Shown: in pieces, positions 17,308-27,432 of the stretch
Layout: each line of letters begins with the position of its first letter
How positions within the stretch are numbered: the stretch's first letter is position 1
Source: an uncultured Verrucomicrobiae bacterium
GTDB lineage: Bacteria > Verrucomicrobiota > Verrucomicrobiia > Chthoniobacterales > Chthoniobacteraceae
Assembly: GCA_963828525.1 (NCBI GenBank)
Contig: CAWHEP010000014.1
Coordinates: 32,001-96,000 of the forward strand
DNA: 64,000 bases
Direction of reading: 5' to 3'
Notes under the pieces: model-generated
Databases searched by the model: none
What the model was told of the DNA's origin: nothing
What the model saw: only the letters and a program-made list of their open reading frames with translations
Translations under genes and position numbers: made by a program

Positions 17308-17724
17308 ATGCGCGGCTGGCCCTTGAATCGCGCGGTGGTCGTCTTCCTGATCTTGCTTGCGACATCCATCCCGGTCTGGAAACTGACACATGGCGACTCT
17401 GCTGCCGCCGCCCAAGCAAGGCCGGCTCCAGTGTCGAAAGAGAGCGTCCATATAGCGCTTGCTTTCGCGCATCCTCCGGGCGGCTTCCAACTCATTGCTC
17501 TCGGCAAAACGATCTGGATTGGCGATGGTGAAAACAAGGATCTTGAGAAGGATTTCGGGATGGCTTTTCCCAAGGAGGGGATCGACCTGGAGATCAAGGC
17601 AAACTGGCCGCCTGGCACGCCGCTTACCGCGGTTCGCGTGTCGGTGACACCCGACGCGGGATTACCGATGGAGCGCACCGCATGGGGCGAGGGCAGCCTG
17701 GATGAGGTGCTGACCTTCCAATAA
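17308..17724 (+). CDS. Hypothetical membrane-anchored protein
   Basis: N-terminal hydrophobic segment, tightly packed inside metal ABC operon. Confidence 0.7.
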   Translation: MRGWPLNRAVVVFLILLATSIPVWKLTHGDSAAAAQARPAPVSKESVHIALAFAHPPGGFQLIALGKTIWIGDGENKDLEKDFGMAFPKEGIDLEIKANWPPGTPLTAVRVSVTPDAGLPMERTAWGEGSLDEVLTFQ

Positions 17725-17725
17725 T

Positions 17726-18472
17726 ATGTCATTTCACCGCCTGGACATCAAAGACCTCACGGTCAGTTACAACCGGGTGCCGGCGTTGCATCATCTTAAC
17801 ATGACGCTGGACTGCGGATGCTGCATTGCTTTGCTGGGGCCGAATGGCGCGGGAAAGACAACGCTATTCAAATCCATAGTAGGGCTGTTGCGGCCCGATA
17901 GCGGCAGTATCACGTTCCATGGCGAGGAGCCGGGGCGTCCGATCGGGCACGTCGCTTATTTGCCGCAGCGGGAAAATGTCGATTGGGATTTCCCGATCAC
18001 GGTGCGCGGCCTGGTCGAGATGGGTTGCTACGCCCGCCTTGGCCTGTGGCGGAAATTCTCGGCCAGGGATCATCAGCAAGTGGCGTCCGCGCTGGAAGCC
18101 ATGCAGCTTGAGGAACTGGCGGAGCGGCAGATCAGCGCCCTATCCGGCGGGCAGCAGCAGAGAGCTTTTCTCGCGCGAGCCCTCGCCCAGGACGCGCATG
18201 TTTTCCTGCTGGACGAGCCATTTACCGGCCTCGACCGGACGTCGCAGAATTCGCTCGGGAAGATATTGAAGCAACTCGCTTCCGACGGGAACCTGGTGAT
18301 TGCTTCGCATCACGACCTGAAGAACGTGACCGAGTTCTTTGATCACGTGATCTTCCTGAACGGCGAACTCGTTGCTTACGGCGATGTCGGCACCGTGTTT
18401 ACCGAATCGAACATCGCGAAGGCATTCGACACCAACATTTTTTCGGGAGTCAATCATGCACTGGCTACTTGA
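17726..18472 (+). CDS. Metal ABC transporter ATPase
   Basis: [27 protein letters not shown]. Confidence 0.94.
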   Translation: MSFHRLDIKDLTVSYNRVPALHHLNMTLDCGCCIALLGPNGAGKTTLFKSIVGLLRPDSGSITFHGEEPGRPIGHVAYLPQRENVDWDFPITVRGLVEMGCYARLGLWRKFSARDHQQVASALEAMQLEELAERQISALSGGQQQRAFLARALAQDAHVFLLDEPFTGLDRTSQNSLGKILKQLASDGNLVIASHHDLKNVTEFFDHVIFLNGELVAYGDVGTVFTESNIAKAFDTNIFSGVNHALAT

Positions 18473-19340
18473 CCCCCTGAAGCAGGATTTCATGCGCCGG
18501 GCTTTCCTGGCGTGCGCGCTCATCGGGTTCACGAACGGTTTCCTGAGCGCGTTCGTCGTGCTGAGACGCCTTGCGCTAATGGCGGATTCGCTTTCGCATG
18601 CCCTCCTGCCGGGGCTGGCGGTCGGGGTCATCCTCTTCGGGCTTTCTCCGCTGAGCCTGTTTTGCGGAGCGCTCATCGCGGCGCTGCTTGTCGGGATAGG
18701 CGCGGAAGTCGTGTCGCGAAGTTCGCGCGTCAAAGAGGAAACCGCCCTGGCTGTCCTGTACACCGTCGCTTTCTCCGCCGGGATCGTGCTCCTGAGTTTT
18801 TCGCCAGTGCGGATCGATCTCCACCACTACCTGTTTGGTAACATCCTTGGTGTGTCGAACTCAGACCTGTGGGTGACTTATGGAATCAGCTTTCTCACGA
18901 TCACCGCGCTTGTGGCTCTGCAGAGGCCGCTGTTCCTCATGTTATTCGATCAGTCGGTTGCGGCGACCCAGGGAGTAAAGGTCGGTCTTCTGAATTACCT
19001 GCTCATCACACTGCTTGTCCTGGCCATGATCTCATCGCTGCAAGCAGTTGGGGTCATACTCGCGCTAGGGCTTCTGGTTGCGCCCGCCGCTACCGTCTAC
19101 CTGCTTTCCGACTCGTGCGCGCTGCTCTTCTGGGGCGGAGGATTTATTGGTATGTTCGGAGCGTGCGCCGGGTTGCTGATCTCTTACTGGCTGAACCTTC
19201 CGTCCGGGGCTTGCATCGTTCTGTTTCTTGGGAGCTTGTTCACCCTCGCTTATATCTTCAGCCCGAAATACGGTCTGATAAGGCACTTTCTGAAGAAGAG
19301 CCATCTGCATAAAGAGTCGCTTGCCCGCTGGGGTTCATAA
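18456..19340 (+). CDS. Metal ABC transporter permease
   Basis: DSLSHALLPG, YLFGNILG; ATG at 18456 (MHWLLDPL). Confidence 0.93.
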   Translation: MHWLLDPLKQDFMRRAFLACALIGFTNGFLSAFVVLRRLALMADSLSHALLPGLAVGVILFGLSPLSLFCGALIAALLVGIGAEVVSRSSRVKEETALAVLYTVAFSAGIVLLSFSPVRIDLHHYLFGNILGVSNSDLWVTYGISFLTITALVALQRPLFLMLFDQSVAATQGVKVGLLNYLLITLLVLAMISSLQAVGVILALGLLVAPAATVYLLSDSCALLFWGGGFIGMFGACAGLLISYWLNLPSGACIVLFLGSLFTLAYIFSPKYGLIRHFLKKSHLHKESLARWGS

Positions 19341-19370
19341 CTTACCCTTCCAGGAGCTTTCAAGAACAAG

Positions 19371-20462
19371 ATGCATATCCCAGATGGCTATCTAAGCCCC
19401 GCGACATGCGCCGTTTTCTACGCCGGATCCGCTCCGTTTTGGTATGCGGCAATCAAGCGTCTCAAGCGGGTGGTCAGCAGCCGGTTGATCCCGCTGATTT
19501 CCCTGTTCGCGGCTTTTGCGTTTGTTGTGATGATGTTCAATCTGCCGCTTCCCGGCGGGACAACCGGGCACGCGGTGGGAATGGGCATCGGAGCGGTGGT
19601 GCTTGGCCCATGGGCTTCGCTGCTCGCGATTTCAGTAGCCCTCGCCATACAGGCGATGTTCTTCGGAGACGGCGGAATCACCGCGTACGGAGCCAACTGC
19701 TTCAACATGGCCATCGTCGGCTCCCTGACAGCGTACACCCTGTATCGACTCCTTGCGGGACAGGCTCCGATAGCTTCTCCTCGGAGAGTGGTCGCCGCCG
19801 CCATTGCGGGTTACTCGGCGATCAACCTTTCCGCCCTCTGCGCGGCGGTCGAGTTTGGGGTGCAGCCAATGCTGTTCAAGGATGTCAATGGAGCTCCTCT
19901 CTATGCTCCTTACCCGCTTTCGGTCGCTGTTCCCGCAATGCTGCTCGGGCACCTTTCGTTCGCGGGTCTCGCGGAAGCAATTATATCCGGAGGTCTCGTT
20001 GCTTATCTTCAACGCTCGGATCCCGCCCTGCTGGAACTTACCGCCCGGGGGGCGTCCCGAAGCGGGATTCAAGAGGACACTCCGCGCCTTGCTCACGCGC
20101 GGCGTCTTTGGATCGGGCTTGCCACTCTCATGATCGCGACGCCGCTCGGGCTGCTTGCGGCTGGCTCCGCATGGGGCGAATGGAGCGCCAGCGACTTTGG
20201 GAATCCCGCCGCGCGCCAGCAGATGATGACTGCCTCGCATAATGTGCCTCCCCCTGCGGGGGCACCTGCGGGGCTGGTCCGTCTCTCCTCATTCTGGACC
20301 GCGCCGATACCAGATTATGCTCCGCGGTTCATGAAGGACGCGCGGCTCGGCTACATATTGTCGGCAATGTTCGGCGGAGGGATCATCCTTTCAGTCTGCC
20401 TGGTCGCGGGCCGCCTTCTGCAGGTGAATCCAAACGGCGTCGCCCGGGACAAGGCGAGCTGA
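19371..20462 (+). CDS. cbiM: Co/Ni ECF transporter S component CbiM/NikM fused to an N-like C-terminal domain
   Basis: MHIPDGYL N-terminus, GGTTGH, FFGDGG; C-terminal AWGEW...APIPDY domain. Confidence 0.88.
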   Translation: MHIPDGYLSPATCAVFYAGSAPFWYAAIKRLKRVVSSRLIPLISLFAAFAFVVMMFNLPLPGGTTGHAVGMGIGAVVLGPWASLLAISVALAIQAMFFGDGGITAYGANCFNMAIVGSLTAYTLYRLLAGQAPIASPRRVVAAAIAGYSAINLSALCAAVEFGVQPMLFKDVNGAPLYAPYPLSVAVPAMLLGHLSFAGLAEAIISGGLVAYLQRSDPALLELTARGASRSGIQEDTPRLAHARRLWIGLATLMIATPLGLLAAGSAWGEWSASDFGNPAARQQMMTASHNVPPPAGAPAGLVRLSSFWTAPIPDYAPRFMKDARLGYILSAMFGGGIILSVCLVAGRLLQVNPNGVARDKAS

Positions 20463-21295
20463 TGCGCGCGAAAAGCCCGGCCCGACCGGCACTGGGCTTC
20501 ATAGAAAAGACGATACTCTCGTTTGGCGACGCCCTTGACCATGCCGCCTTCGCGGATGAGATCGCGAGAGGCCCCGGGTTGCTCCAGCTTATAGACCCGC
20601 GCGTGAAGGTTTGCGGGTTCTTCCTCATCATCCTGGCGGCGGTGAGCGCGCCAAAGATGCTGAACACTGCCGGGGCGCTATTCCTGGGCGTGGCACTCGC
20701 GCAGCTCTCCCGCATCCCGTTGCGCGTCCTGCTGGTGCGCGTCTGGCTGGCTGTGCTCTCGTTTACAGGGATCATCGCGCTTCCTGCCCTCTTTTTGACC
20801 CCGGGCAGAGTTGTGTTCCGACTGCCTGGAGTCGAATGGGGCATCACCGCTCAGGGTCTGACGACCGGAGCGCGCCTCGTCATCCGGGGCGAGACAACCG
20901 CGACTCTCGCGCTGGTTCTTGTTCTGTCCACGCCATGGACTCATGTGCTAAAGGCGTTACGCGCGCTGCGCGCGCCCTCTCTCATCGTGATGATCCTGTG
21001 CATGACGTACCGCTACATTTTTCTGCTCATCCATGTGGCCCGCGATTTTTTCGAGGCTCGCCGGAGCCGCCTAGTGGGAGTGCTGGATTCCTCGCAACGG
21101 CGGCACCTTGCCGCTGCCACCGCGGGGGTTCTCCTTGGCCGGAGCATGGACCTCAGCAACGAGGTCTTCCTCGCCATGCAATCCCGCGGCTTTAGCGGAT
21201 CGGCGTTCACGATTGACGACTTCCGGTTCAAAACGCGTGACGCGTTCGCGATAGCAGGGTTCGCGGTTGCGGCGGCGCTCGTGTTGTTCGTGTAA
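20462..21295 (+). CDS. cbiQ: Co/Ni ECF transporter T component
   Basis: IDPRVK, TYRYIFLL, AMQSRGF. Confidence 0.9.
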   Translation: MRAKSPARPALGFIEKTILSFGDALDHAAFADEIARGPGLLQLIDPRVKVCGFFLIILAAVSAPKMLNTAGALFLGVALAQLSRIPLRVLLVRVWLAVLSFTGIIALPALFLTPGRVVFRLPGVEWGITAQGLTTGARLVIRGETTATLALVLVLSTPWTHVLKALRALRAPSLIVMILCMTYRYIFLLIHVARDFFEARRSRLVGVLDSSQRRHLAAATAGVLLGRSMDLSNEVFLAMQSRGFSGSAFTIDDFRFKTRDAFAIAGFAVAAALVLFV

Positions 21296-21299
21296 TCAG

Positions 21300-22100
21300 A
21301 TGCTATACGAGCTTAGCGACGTAACATTCCGCTACCCAGAGGTCACAGCGGTCGAGAAGCTCTCGCTGTCGCTGGCGGCGGGGGAGCGCGTGGTGGTTCT
21401 TGGAGCTAACGGCTCAGGCAAGTCCACTTTGCTCCGCCTGCTCGACGCGCTTTGCTTCCCAGCGTCGGGCACGATTTCCTTCGACGGCACGGCTCTTACA
21501 GAAGAGGCGTTCTCGCGCCCGGAGTTTGCGTTCCAGTTTCGCCGCCGGGTGGGTCTTGTGTTCCAGAATCCGGATGTGCAACTGTTCAACGCGACCGTGT
21601 TTGACGAGATCGCTTTCGCGCCTCTGCAACTGCGCTGGCAGAAAGCGGAGATACTTGACCGCGTGAGCGCCATCCTCGACAGCATGCAGATCACCCATTT
21701 GAAAGACCGCGCTCCTCATCGGCTGTCTGGTGGCGAGAAGAAGCGAGTTGCTTTGGCTTCCGTGCTTGTTCTTGAGCCTGAAGTGCTCCTCCTCGACGAG
21801 CCCACTGCCGCTCTCGACCCGCAGAGCCAGAGCCGGATGATCGATTTCCTCGCGGCAGCGGGCGGCGTCCGCACGGTCGTCACCGCGACCCACGATCTCC
21901 ATATCGTGGAAGATATCGCTGATCGGTGCCTGGTCTTTAAGGGGGGCTGCCTGGAGGCGTCGGGTGCGCCACGCGAAATACTCGGGAACGAAGCTCTTCT
22001 TCGCGGGGCGCACCTGCTGCACGCGCATCGGCATGAGCATGCTTCGGGCGTCACGCATTCACACACGCACCTGCACGGTTTTCATGACCATAAGCACTGA
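21300..22100 (+). CDS. cbiO: Co/Ni ECF transporter ATPase
   Basis: GANGSGKST, FQNPDVQLF, LSGGEKKR; His-rich tail. Confidence 0.9.
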   Translation: MLYELSDVTFRYPEVTAVEKLSLSLAAGERVVVLGANGSGKSTLLRLLDALCFPASGTISFDGTALTEEAFSRPEFAFQFRRRVGLVFQNPDVQLFNATVFDEIAFAPLQLRWQKAEILDRVSAILDSMQITHLKDRAPHRLSGGEKKRVALASVLVLEPEVLLLDEPTAALDPQSQSRMIDFLAAAGGVRTVVTATHDLHIVEDIADRCLVFKGGCLEASGAPREILGNEALLRGAHLLHAHRHEHASGVTHSHTHLHGFHDHKH

Positions 22101-22159
22101 AGGGAACGCGTGATACTCGGAGTTCGCGCTTCAGATCAATTTTTGCTAAATTGCGCGTC

Positions 22160-22735
22160 ATGAGATTTTACCGGGCTCTGTTCATTCTCCTGTTCCCCGC
22201 AGCTTTGTTCGCCCAGGGCCTGCCCGCCCTTAAGGCGCAGGTCGGTGAGCCCGTTCTTCAAGAACTCATGGGGGGTTGCTCGATGGCCTGCGCGTTTCCG
22301 TGGGAGACTACTGCGACCGTGCCGGGCAAAGCCGCGCAGCCTGTTTACAAATTGAATGATAGCGACGCCTCGACGGCTTGGATCGATCCCAATCCCGCGC
22401 CCGGAACCAGGCTCGCCTTCCAGTTCCCGAAAAAGCTGCCCAAGGAGATGAATGGGACGACGCCTTTTTACGGCTTCGACATCGCGAACGGGTTCACGAA
22501 GTCACCCGAGGTATTCAAGACCTACTCGCGTGTTAAAAAAGCGAAGTTGTTCTTCAACGGGAAACCGATGGCTACCGTGACGTTCGCCGACTCGCGTCGC
22601 TGGCAGCACGTGAACTTCGACGACCTTTTTCCGCATCAAGGAGATACGTTCTCTATGGAGATTTCAGAAGTTTACCCGGGATCCAAGTCCTCCTGCGTGG
22701 CAATCACGCAGCTTGTCCTGCAGGGCGCGCACTAG
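22160..22735 (+). CDS. Secreted hypothetical protein (discoidin/glycan-binding-like)
   Basis: Signal peptide; LNDSDASTAW, IANGFTKS, EISEVYPG. Confidence 0.6.
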   Translation: MRFYRALFILLFPAALFAQGLPALKAQVGEPVLQELMGGCSMACAFPWETTATVPGKAAQPVYKLNDSDASTAWIDPNPAPGTRLAFQFPKKLPKEMNGTTPFYGFDIANGFTKSPEVFKTYSRVKKAKLFFNGKPMATVTFADSRRWQHVNFDDLFPHQGDTFSMEISEVYPGSKSSCVAITQLVLQGAH

Positions 22736-22748
22736 ACTAGAGCGTGTC

Positions 22749-23612
22749 ATGACAATTCTGACTGCGGTTGACGATCGCTACGTCGTTCCGCTTGCGGTTA
22801 TGCTCCGCTCGCTCTGTTCTTCGCTTGCAGCAGGTTTATTCGTTGACGCGCGCCTCATGACGACAGGCTTGAGCGCAGCGAGCCGCCGGGGCCTGGACTG
22901 CGCTCTGGCGGGACTCCCGCTGACGCTTCAGATTATAACGGTAGACACAATCTTACTGGAAGGATTCAAGGTCGACGGGCACGTCTCCGCGGACACGTAC
23001 GTCAGGCTATACGCCCCGGATTATCTGCCTGATGTCGATAAAGTCCTCTATTTAGATGCCGACTTACTCGTGCGTCATTCTGTTCACGAAATTTACGACA
23101 GCGGCTTTGACGGCGCGCATCTACTGGCAGTTCCCAGCATTAGCAACCACTCGGCGTGGTTTGGCGCGGAATGCGGGGTGCCTTCCTATTCCCGGCTTGG
23201 GATCGCCCCGTCAACAAGGACCTTCAACGCCGGGGTCATGCTAATGAACCTCGAACGCTGGAGAGAAACCAACACCACTACAGCTATCGCGGAATATCTA
23301 CGCCGGTATCGAGAACACGTTTTGTTATGGGACCAGGATGGGCTGAACGGGGTCTTGCATGCTAATTGGAACTCCCTCCCGGCAAAGTGGAATGTGATGA
23401 CGAATCACTTTAGGGACTTTCGCTCGTGGGACGACTCTCTGTTGGATCAGGACACGTTTGAAGCAGTATCTCGGGATCCTGGGATCATCCATTATAGCGC
23501 CTTTGCCAAACCATGGCATCGAGATTACCGAGGACCGTACAAGGACCTGTGGACAGTGGCGTTCAAAGAAATTGCCCATCATTTTGACAGCGACCTAGTC
23601 ACTGTCGAGTAA
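22749..23612 (+). CDS. Glycosyltransferase family 8
   Basis: VLYLDAD, FNAGVMLMN, DQDGLN, IIHY..KPW. Confidence 0.92.
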   Translation: MTILTAVDDRYVVPLAVMLRSLCSSLAAGLFVDARLMTTGLSAASRRGLDCALAGLPLTLQIITVDTILLEGFKVDGHVSADTYVRLYAPDYLPDVDKVLYLDADLLVRHSVHEIYDSGFDGAHLLAVPSISNHSAWFGAECGVPSYSRLGIAPSTRTFNAGVMLMNLERWRETNTTTAIAEYLRRYREHVLLWDQDGLNGVLHANWNSLPAKWNVMTNHFRDFRSWDDSLLDQDTFEAVSRDPGIIHYSAFAKPWHRDYRGPYKDLWTVAFKEIAHHFDSDLVTVE

Positions 23613-23635
23613 TGGCGCGCGCGGACCCGCCCAGG

Positions 23636-24355
23636 TTATCCGGATTTGCGTAGGGGTTCGCTCTTCACCTTGAAATCCAGCTGCCTGGTCAAGAGCCAGC
23701 GCACCCCGAACATGTCGACGGTGGCTCGCAGGGCGCGGTTCCCGAAACCATATTTGCTAATCCCGAATCGCCGAGGCCGATGATTCACGGGAAGTTCCAC
23801 GATTTTGAAGCCAGCCCCTTTTATGAGAGCGGGTATGAATCGGTGCATGCCGCGGAAGGGGATGAGAGCGGACGCGCACTCCTTCCGCATCGCTTTCAAT
23901 GTGCAGCCCGTGTCTCGCACACCATCCCGGGTGAAACGGCTCCTCACAAAATTTGCGATCCGGCTGGTGATTTTCTTTGGCAGGGAATCGCGTCTCTTCG
24001 CGCGATAGCCGCAAACAAGGTCCGCGCCTGCCGCTATTTGTTCCAGCAGACGGGGAATATCCGCGGGGTCGTTCTGCAGGTCTCCATCCAGAAGCACGAT
24101 GACCTTTCCCGTGGCGGCGTGGATGCCGGCATACATCGCGGCGCTTTGGCCGGCATTTTTCTCAAATTCGAGGACAGTCACCACGTCGCTGCGCTCGATC
24201 CTTCCCAAGGTCTGATCCTGGGAACCATCATCCACAAAAAGTATCTCGAAGGATATCCCCGCCAGCGCTGCCCGCAGCTCCTGCTGCAAGATGGAGATGT
24301 TCTCCTCCTCGTTATACAGGGGGATGACGACTGACACTTCCGGCGCGGTGCTCAT
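23636..24355 (-). CDS. Polyprenol-phosphate glycosyltransferase (GT2, DPM1/ArnC-like)
   Basis: VVIPLYNEE, VDDGSQD, DGDLQNDP, DTGCTLK, HRFIP. Confidence 0.9.
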   Translation of the reverse strand: MSTAPEVSVVIPLYNEEENISILQQELRAALAGISFEILFVDDGSQDQTLGRIERSDVVTVLEFEKNAGQSAAMYAGIHAATGKVIVLLDGDLQNDPADIPRLLEQIAAGADLVCGYRAKRRDSLPKKITSRIANFVRSRFTRDGVRDTGCTLKAMRKECASALIPFRGMHRFIPALIKGAGFKIVELPVNHRPRRFGISKYGFGNRALRATVDMFGVRWLLTRQLDFKVKSEPLRKSG

Positions 24356-25929
24356 AGCGAGAGCGTCTTATAATGGTGGCAGGCGAACACGCTGACATTC
24401 CGCAGAAACAGCCCCCGCCGGCGAATCTCATACAACCCGATCAGTTCGACTTTCTCGAATCCGGACCGGATCGCGGAGTCTACGTGATCCTTGGTTTCAT
24501 CGCTCACAAAGAGCGCGTCTCGACCTACGAAGGGGTTCATGCCCTGTTCCTCAGTATAATACTCATCCTGCGATTTGAATCCGGGCGGCATGGCGACGAA
24601 CTGATCATACCTCGGCCAGAACGAAAACTGGTTCTCGAAATCCTGCGATTCCGGAATGTAAACGGGCGGGTGGCCGGGGCCTTCCACGGGGCCGCGCGGC
24701 AGGTAATACGAGAGGCTCGCCGCGATCTGATATTTGCTCCCAATTAGAAAAAGCGGCTTCCCGCCTTCTTGCTCCAACCTGTGGCGGACGGCATCGACAC
24801 ACGAGGCGGACGTCTCTCCGCCGCGGGCTTTTGCGGAAGGATCTTTCGAGTAGGGAAGAGGTATTCCCGCCTTCCGCAACACGTCCGGGTTGAGAGCGAC
24901 CAGGCTCATCAAGAGACCCAGGCAAAGCGCTGAGCAGCAGAACGCGGAGGCCCATTTTGTCGTTCTGGCCTTCTCCACCCAAATCGAGGTGGCGAGCGTG
25001 CCCAAGCTTATGAAGGCGGGTGCCGTCCAATTTGGCTCACCCGCTTTTTTCAACGAGAGGAGACCGTACATCAGCAACAAGGGAACGCTAAAAAAGAGCA
25101 GGTAGCGCGTCTTGAATTGAACATCGGCTTTTTCCAGAGACCACCAGAGCGCCGCCATCATTCCGAGGAACATGAGCGGGGAATATACGCCCATGTGAAG
25201 GCCCAGAAAAACGAACGGCTCCCCAATGTGGAGCGAGAAGCCCGTATCGAGGCTGCCGCGATTGCGCAGGTGCCGGAAGGTAATCCAATCGTAATGGCTG
25301 TTCCAAACGAAGACGGGCGCCGCGCAGAGGATGAACAGGAATAGCATGACGTATAAGCCCGGTCGCGCGAACTCCCTCCTGTAACGCGGCGTCAATGCGA
25401 GAAAGAGAAGGATGGAAAGCGCCTGCATGGCATTTGTGTATTTACAGAGGAAACCAATGCCAATCAGGACTCCCGTGAGAGGCCAGTAGATATTCAGACG
25501 CCCGCCGCCCGCCAGCGCAAGCCAGCAGGTGTACATGGCGGCTGTCCAGAAAAAGATTGAAAGCGGGTCAATGGTCATCAGTGTGCCGCCCGCGTTGAAG
25601 ATCGGCAGCATATTCATGGCAATCGCCGTCCAGATCGCCACGCTTTCCCTGAATAAAGCGCGGCTGAACCAAAACATCAGAAGCGTGGTGCCAAGAGCAA
25701 GAAGGGGACTGAAGAAGCGCACTCCGAACTCAGACGCGCCAAAAAGAGAAGTGCTCGCCAGGATGGTAAAGGCCACGCCGGGTCCTTTGCTATAGTAGCT
25801 CAGCGCCGGGTGTTGCGCCCAGAGGTAATAGTAGGATTCATCGGGCAGCAACTCGAGCTGGCCGATGTAAATCAAGCGGAGCAGGGTGAGGACGCCCAGA
25901 AACGCAAACAACCAATAGCGCGGCTTCAT
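24352..25929 (-). CDS. ArnT/PMT-like membrane glycosyltransferase (GT39/GT83)
   Basis: PDESYY, YYSKGP, multiple TM helices, LCKYT; ATG 25929 overlaps PAP2 stop. Confidence 0.85.
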   Translation of the reverse strand: MKPRYWLFAFLGVLTLLRLIYIGQLELLPDESYYYLWAQHPALSYYSKGPGVAFTILASTSLFGASEFGVRFFSPLLALGTTLLMFWFSRALFRESVAIWTAIAMNMLPIFNAGGTLMTIDPLSIFFWTAAMYTCWLALAGGGRLNIYWPLTGVLIGIGFLCKYTNAMQALSILLFLALTPRYRREFARPGLYVMLFLFILCAAPVFVWNSHYDWITFRHLRNRGSLDTGFSLHIGEPFVFLGLHMGVYSPLMFLGMMAALWWSLEKADVQFKTRYLLFFSVPLLLMYGLLSLKKAGEPNWTAPAFISLGTLATSIWVEKARTTKWASAFCCSALCLGLLMSLVALNPDVLRKAGIPLPYSKDPSAKARGGETSASCVDAVRHRLEQEGGKPLFLIGSKYQIAASLSYYLPRGPVEGPGHPPVYIPESQDFENQFSFWPRYDQFVAMPPGFKSQDEYYTEEQGMNPFVGRDALFVSDETKDHVDSAIRSGFEKVELIGLYEIRRRGLFLRNVSVFACHHYKTLSL

Positions 25930-26579
25930 GCCCCTTTTCGGACGAGGGTGGGATGCAAGGAGAATGTCTTTGGCATAACGCGCGAGCCGTAGCGGCTCCA
26001 AAGCAGCTCCAAGCTTATAACCATAAAAAGCGCGAGACCCGCAGCGAGGAAAATCGAGATGAGAACATCGCTGGGCCAGTGCGCGCCTACGTAGACGCGC
26101 GAGTACGCGATAAGGGCGGCAGGGGCAAAGTACAACCACCCCCAGCGACGGGAGAAGCAGGCCAGCACCACCGCGACACAGAAGTTGTTCATCGTATGCG
26201 AGGAAGGGAACGAATGTCCTGTGACCATCCCCGCGTCAGGATCGGCGATCTCCACGCGCGGGGGGAGCCAAAGAGCAAGAACGCGGGGATTCTGTAACTG
26301 CAAATCCACTATTCTGACGCCGGGAACTTCCTGGTAGGGCCGCGGTCTTCCGATCATTCGCTTCAGGGAAGCGGAGACGATCCCGTCCCCAACGGCCACC
26401 ACCAGGAGCGCCGTCATGATCATCGCCCGCAATCGAAAACCTCCGAAGATGAGGAGGCATGCCCCCAGGACAACCAGACCCCATCGCCATACCTCGAAGC
26501 ACGAAGCCGCTGCCATGATTTTGTCCAGAGCTGGGTTCGTCCACTGGTGGTTGATCAGAAAAAGAAGCTGTTGGTCCAT
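25926..26579 (-). CDS. PAP2-family lipid phosphatase
   Basis: KRMIGRPRP, SFPSSH, SRVYVGAHWPSDV; ATG 26579. Confidence 0.9.
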   Translation of the reverse strand: MDQQLLFLINHQWTNPALDKIMAAASCFEVWRWGLVVLGACLLIFGGFRLRAMIMTALLVVAVGDGIVSASLKRMIGRPRPYQEVPGVRIVDLQLQNPRVLALWLPPRVEIADPDAGMVTGHSFPSSHTMNNFCVAVVLACFSRRWGWLYFAPAALIAYSRVYVGAHWPSDVLISIFLAAGLALFMVISLELLWSRYGSRVMPKTFSLHPTLVRKGA

Positions 26580-26604
26580 CCGGAAACGGAGGATTGTCTG
26601 GGGT

Positions 26605-27303
26605 ATGACGGGGAAAAAACAAGTAAAGAAGAGGATTATAATGGCGGCATTGTTGCTGAGCGTTGGCGGCATGTCGGCCGCTGATCCGGCGCCGCAGGAT
26701 ATCCTCAGGAATGCCCGTCTCAACCAGAGTGGCCAGCACCGGGTGTTGGATGGGCATCTGCGGCATGGGCCGACGATCATCCCATTCCGTCTCACGTTCG
26801 ACGGAGATACCGTCCGCTACGCATTTACAAATCCTCCCGAGGAGTTGGTTCTCCACCTTGGCGACAGGTCTTCGCGGCTGGACGAATCGACGAAGGGGGG
26901 GACTGAGCGCATCCCCGCCTCCCGGCTGGACGGGAAGGTGAGGGGAACGGACATCACTTTCGAAGACATCGCGCTGAAGTTCCTTTACTGGCCATCGGTC
27001 ACTCTGGAGGGCGATCAGGTCATCCTGACGCGGGGCTGCTGGAAGCTTCTGCTGCAGCCGGGAATATCGAAAGGCTCCCAGTATGGGAGCGTGCGTCTAT
27101 GGGTGGACAAACAAAGCGGAGCTTTCCTCCAGGCGGATGCTTTCGACAAAGCGGGCAAACTCGCCAAGCGCTTCAAGGTGATTGCTCCGCAGCGAATTAA
27201 TGGAGAATGGATTCTGAAGAAAATGCGCATCGAGCAAATGGGAAATCCTAATGACGACACCCCCACGTATCTTGAGATCGAAGGTATGGAGAAAAGTTCG
27301 TGA
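26605..27303 (+). CDS. Outer-membrane lipoprotein-sorting (LolA-like) protein
   Basis: Signal peptide; RGTDITFEDI, LWVDK, INGEWILKKM; start approximate. Confidence 0.7.
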   Translation: MTGKKQVKKRIIMAALLLSVGGMSAADPAPQDILRNARLNQSGQHRVLDGHLRHGPTIIPFRLTFDGDTVRYAFTNPPEELVLHLGDRSSRLDESTKGGTERIPASRLDGKVRGTDITFEDIALKFLYWPSVTLEGDQVILTRGCWKLLLQPGISKGSQYGSVRLWVDKQSGAFLQADAFDKAGKLAKRFKVIAPQRINGEWILKKMRIEQMGNPNDDTPTYLEIEGMEKSS

Positions 27304-27432
27304 ATCGCGGCGAGGTTGTCTAGGTTTGCGATCTTGAAGTCTGTGCCTTGGCGACTATGCTGAAGCGCGATCCTGTGAGAAACATCCCTCTTTCAGCCAA
27401 CCGGGCTCACCGCGAAGCGCCGTAGTAAATCG

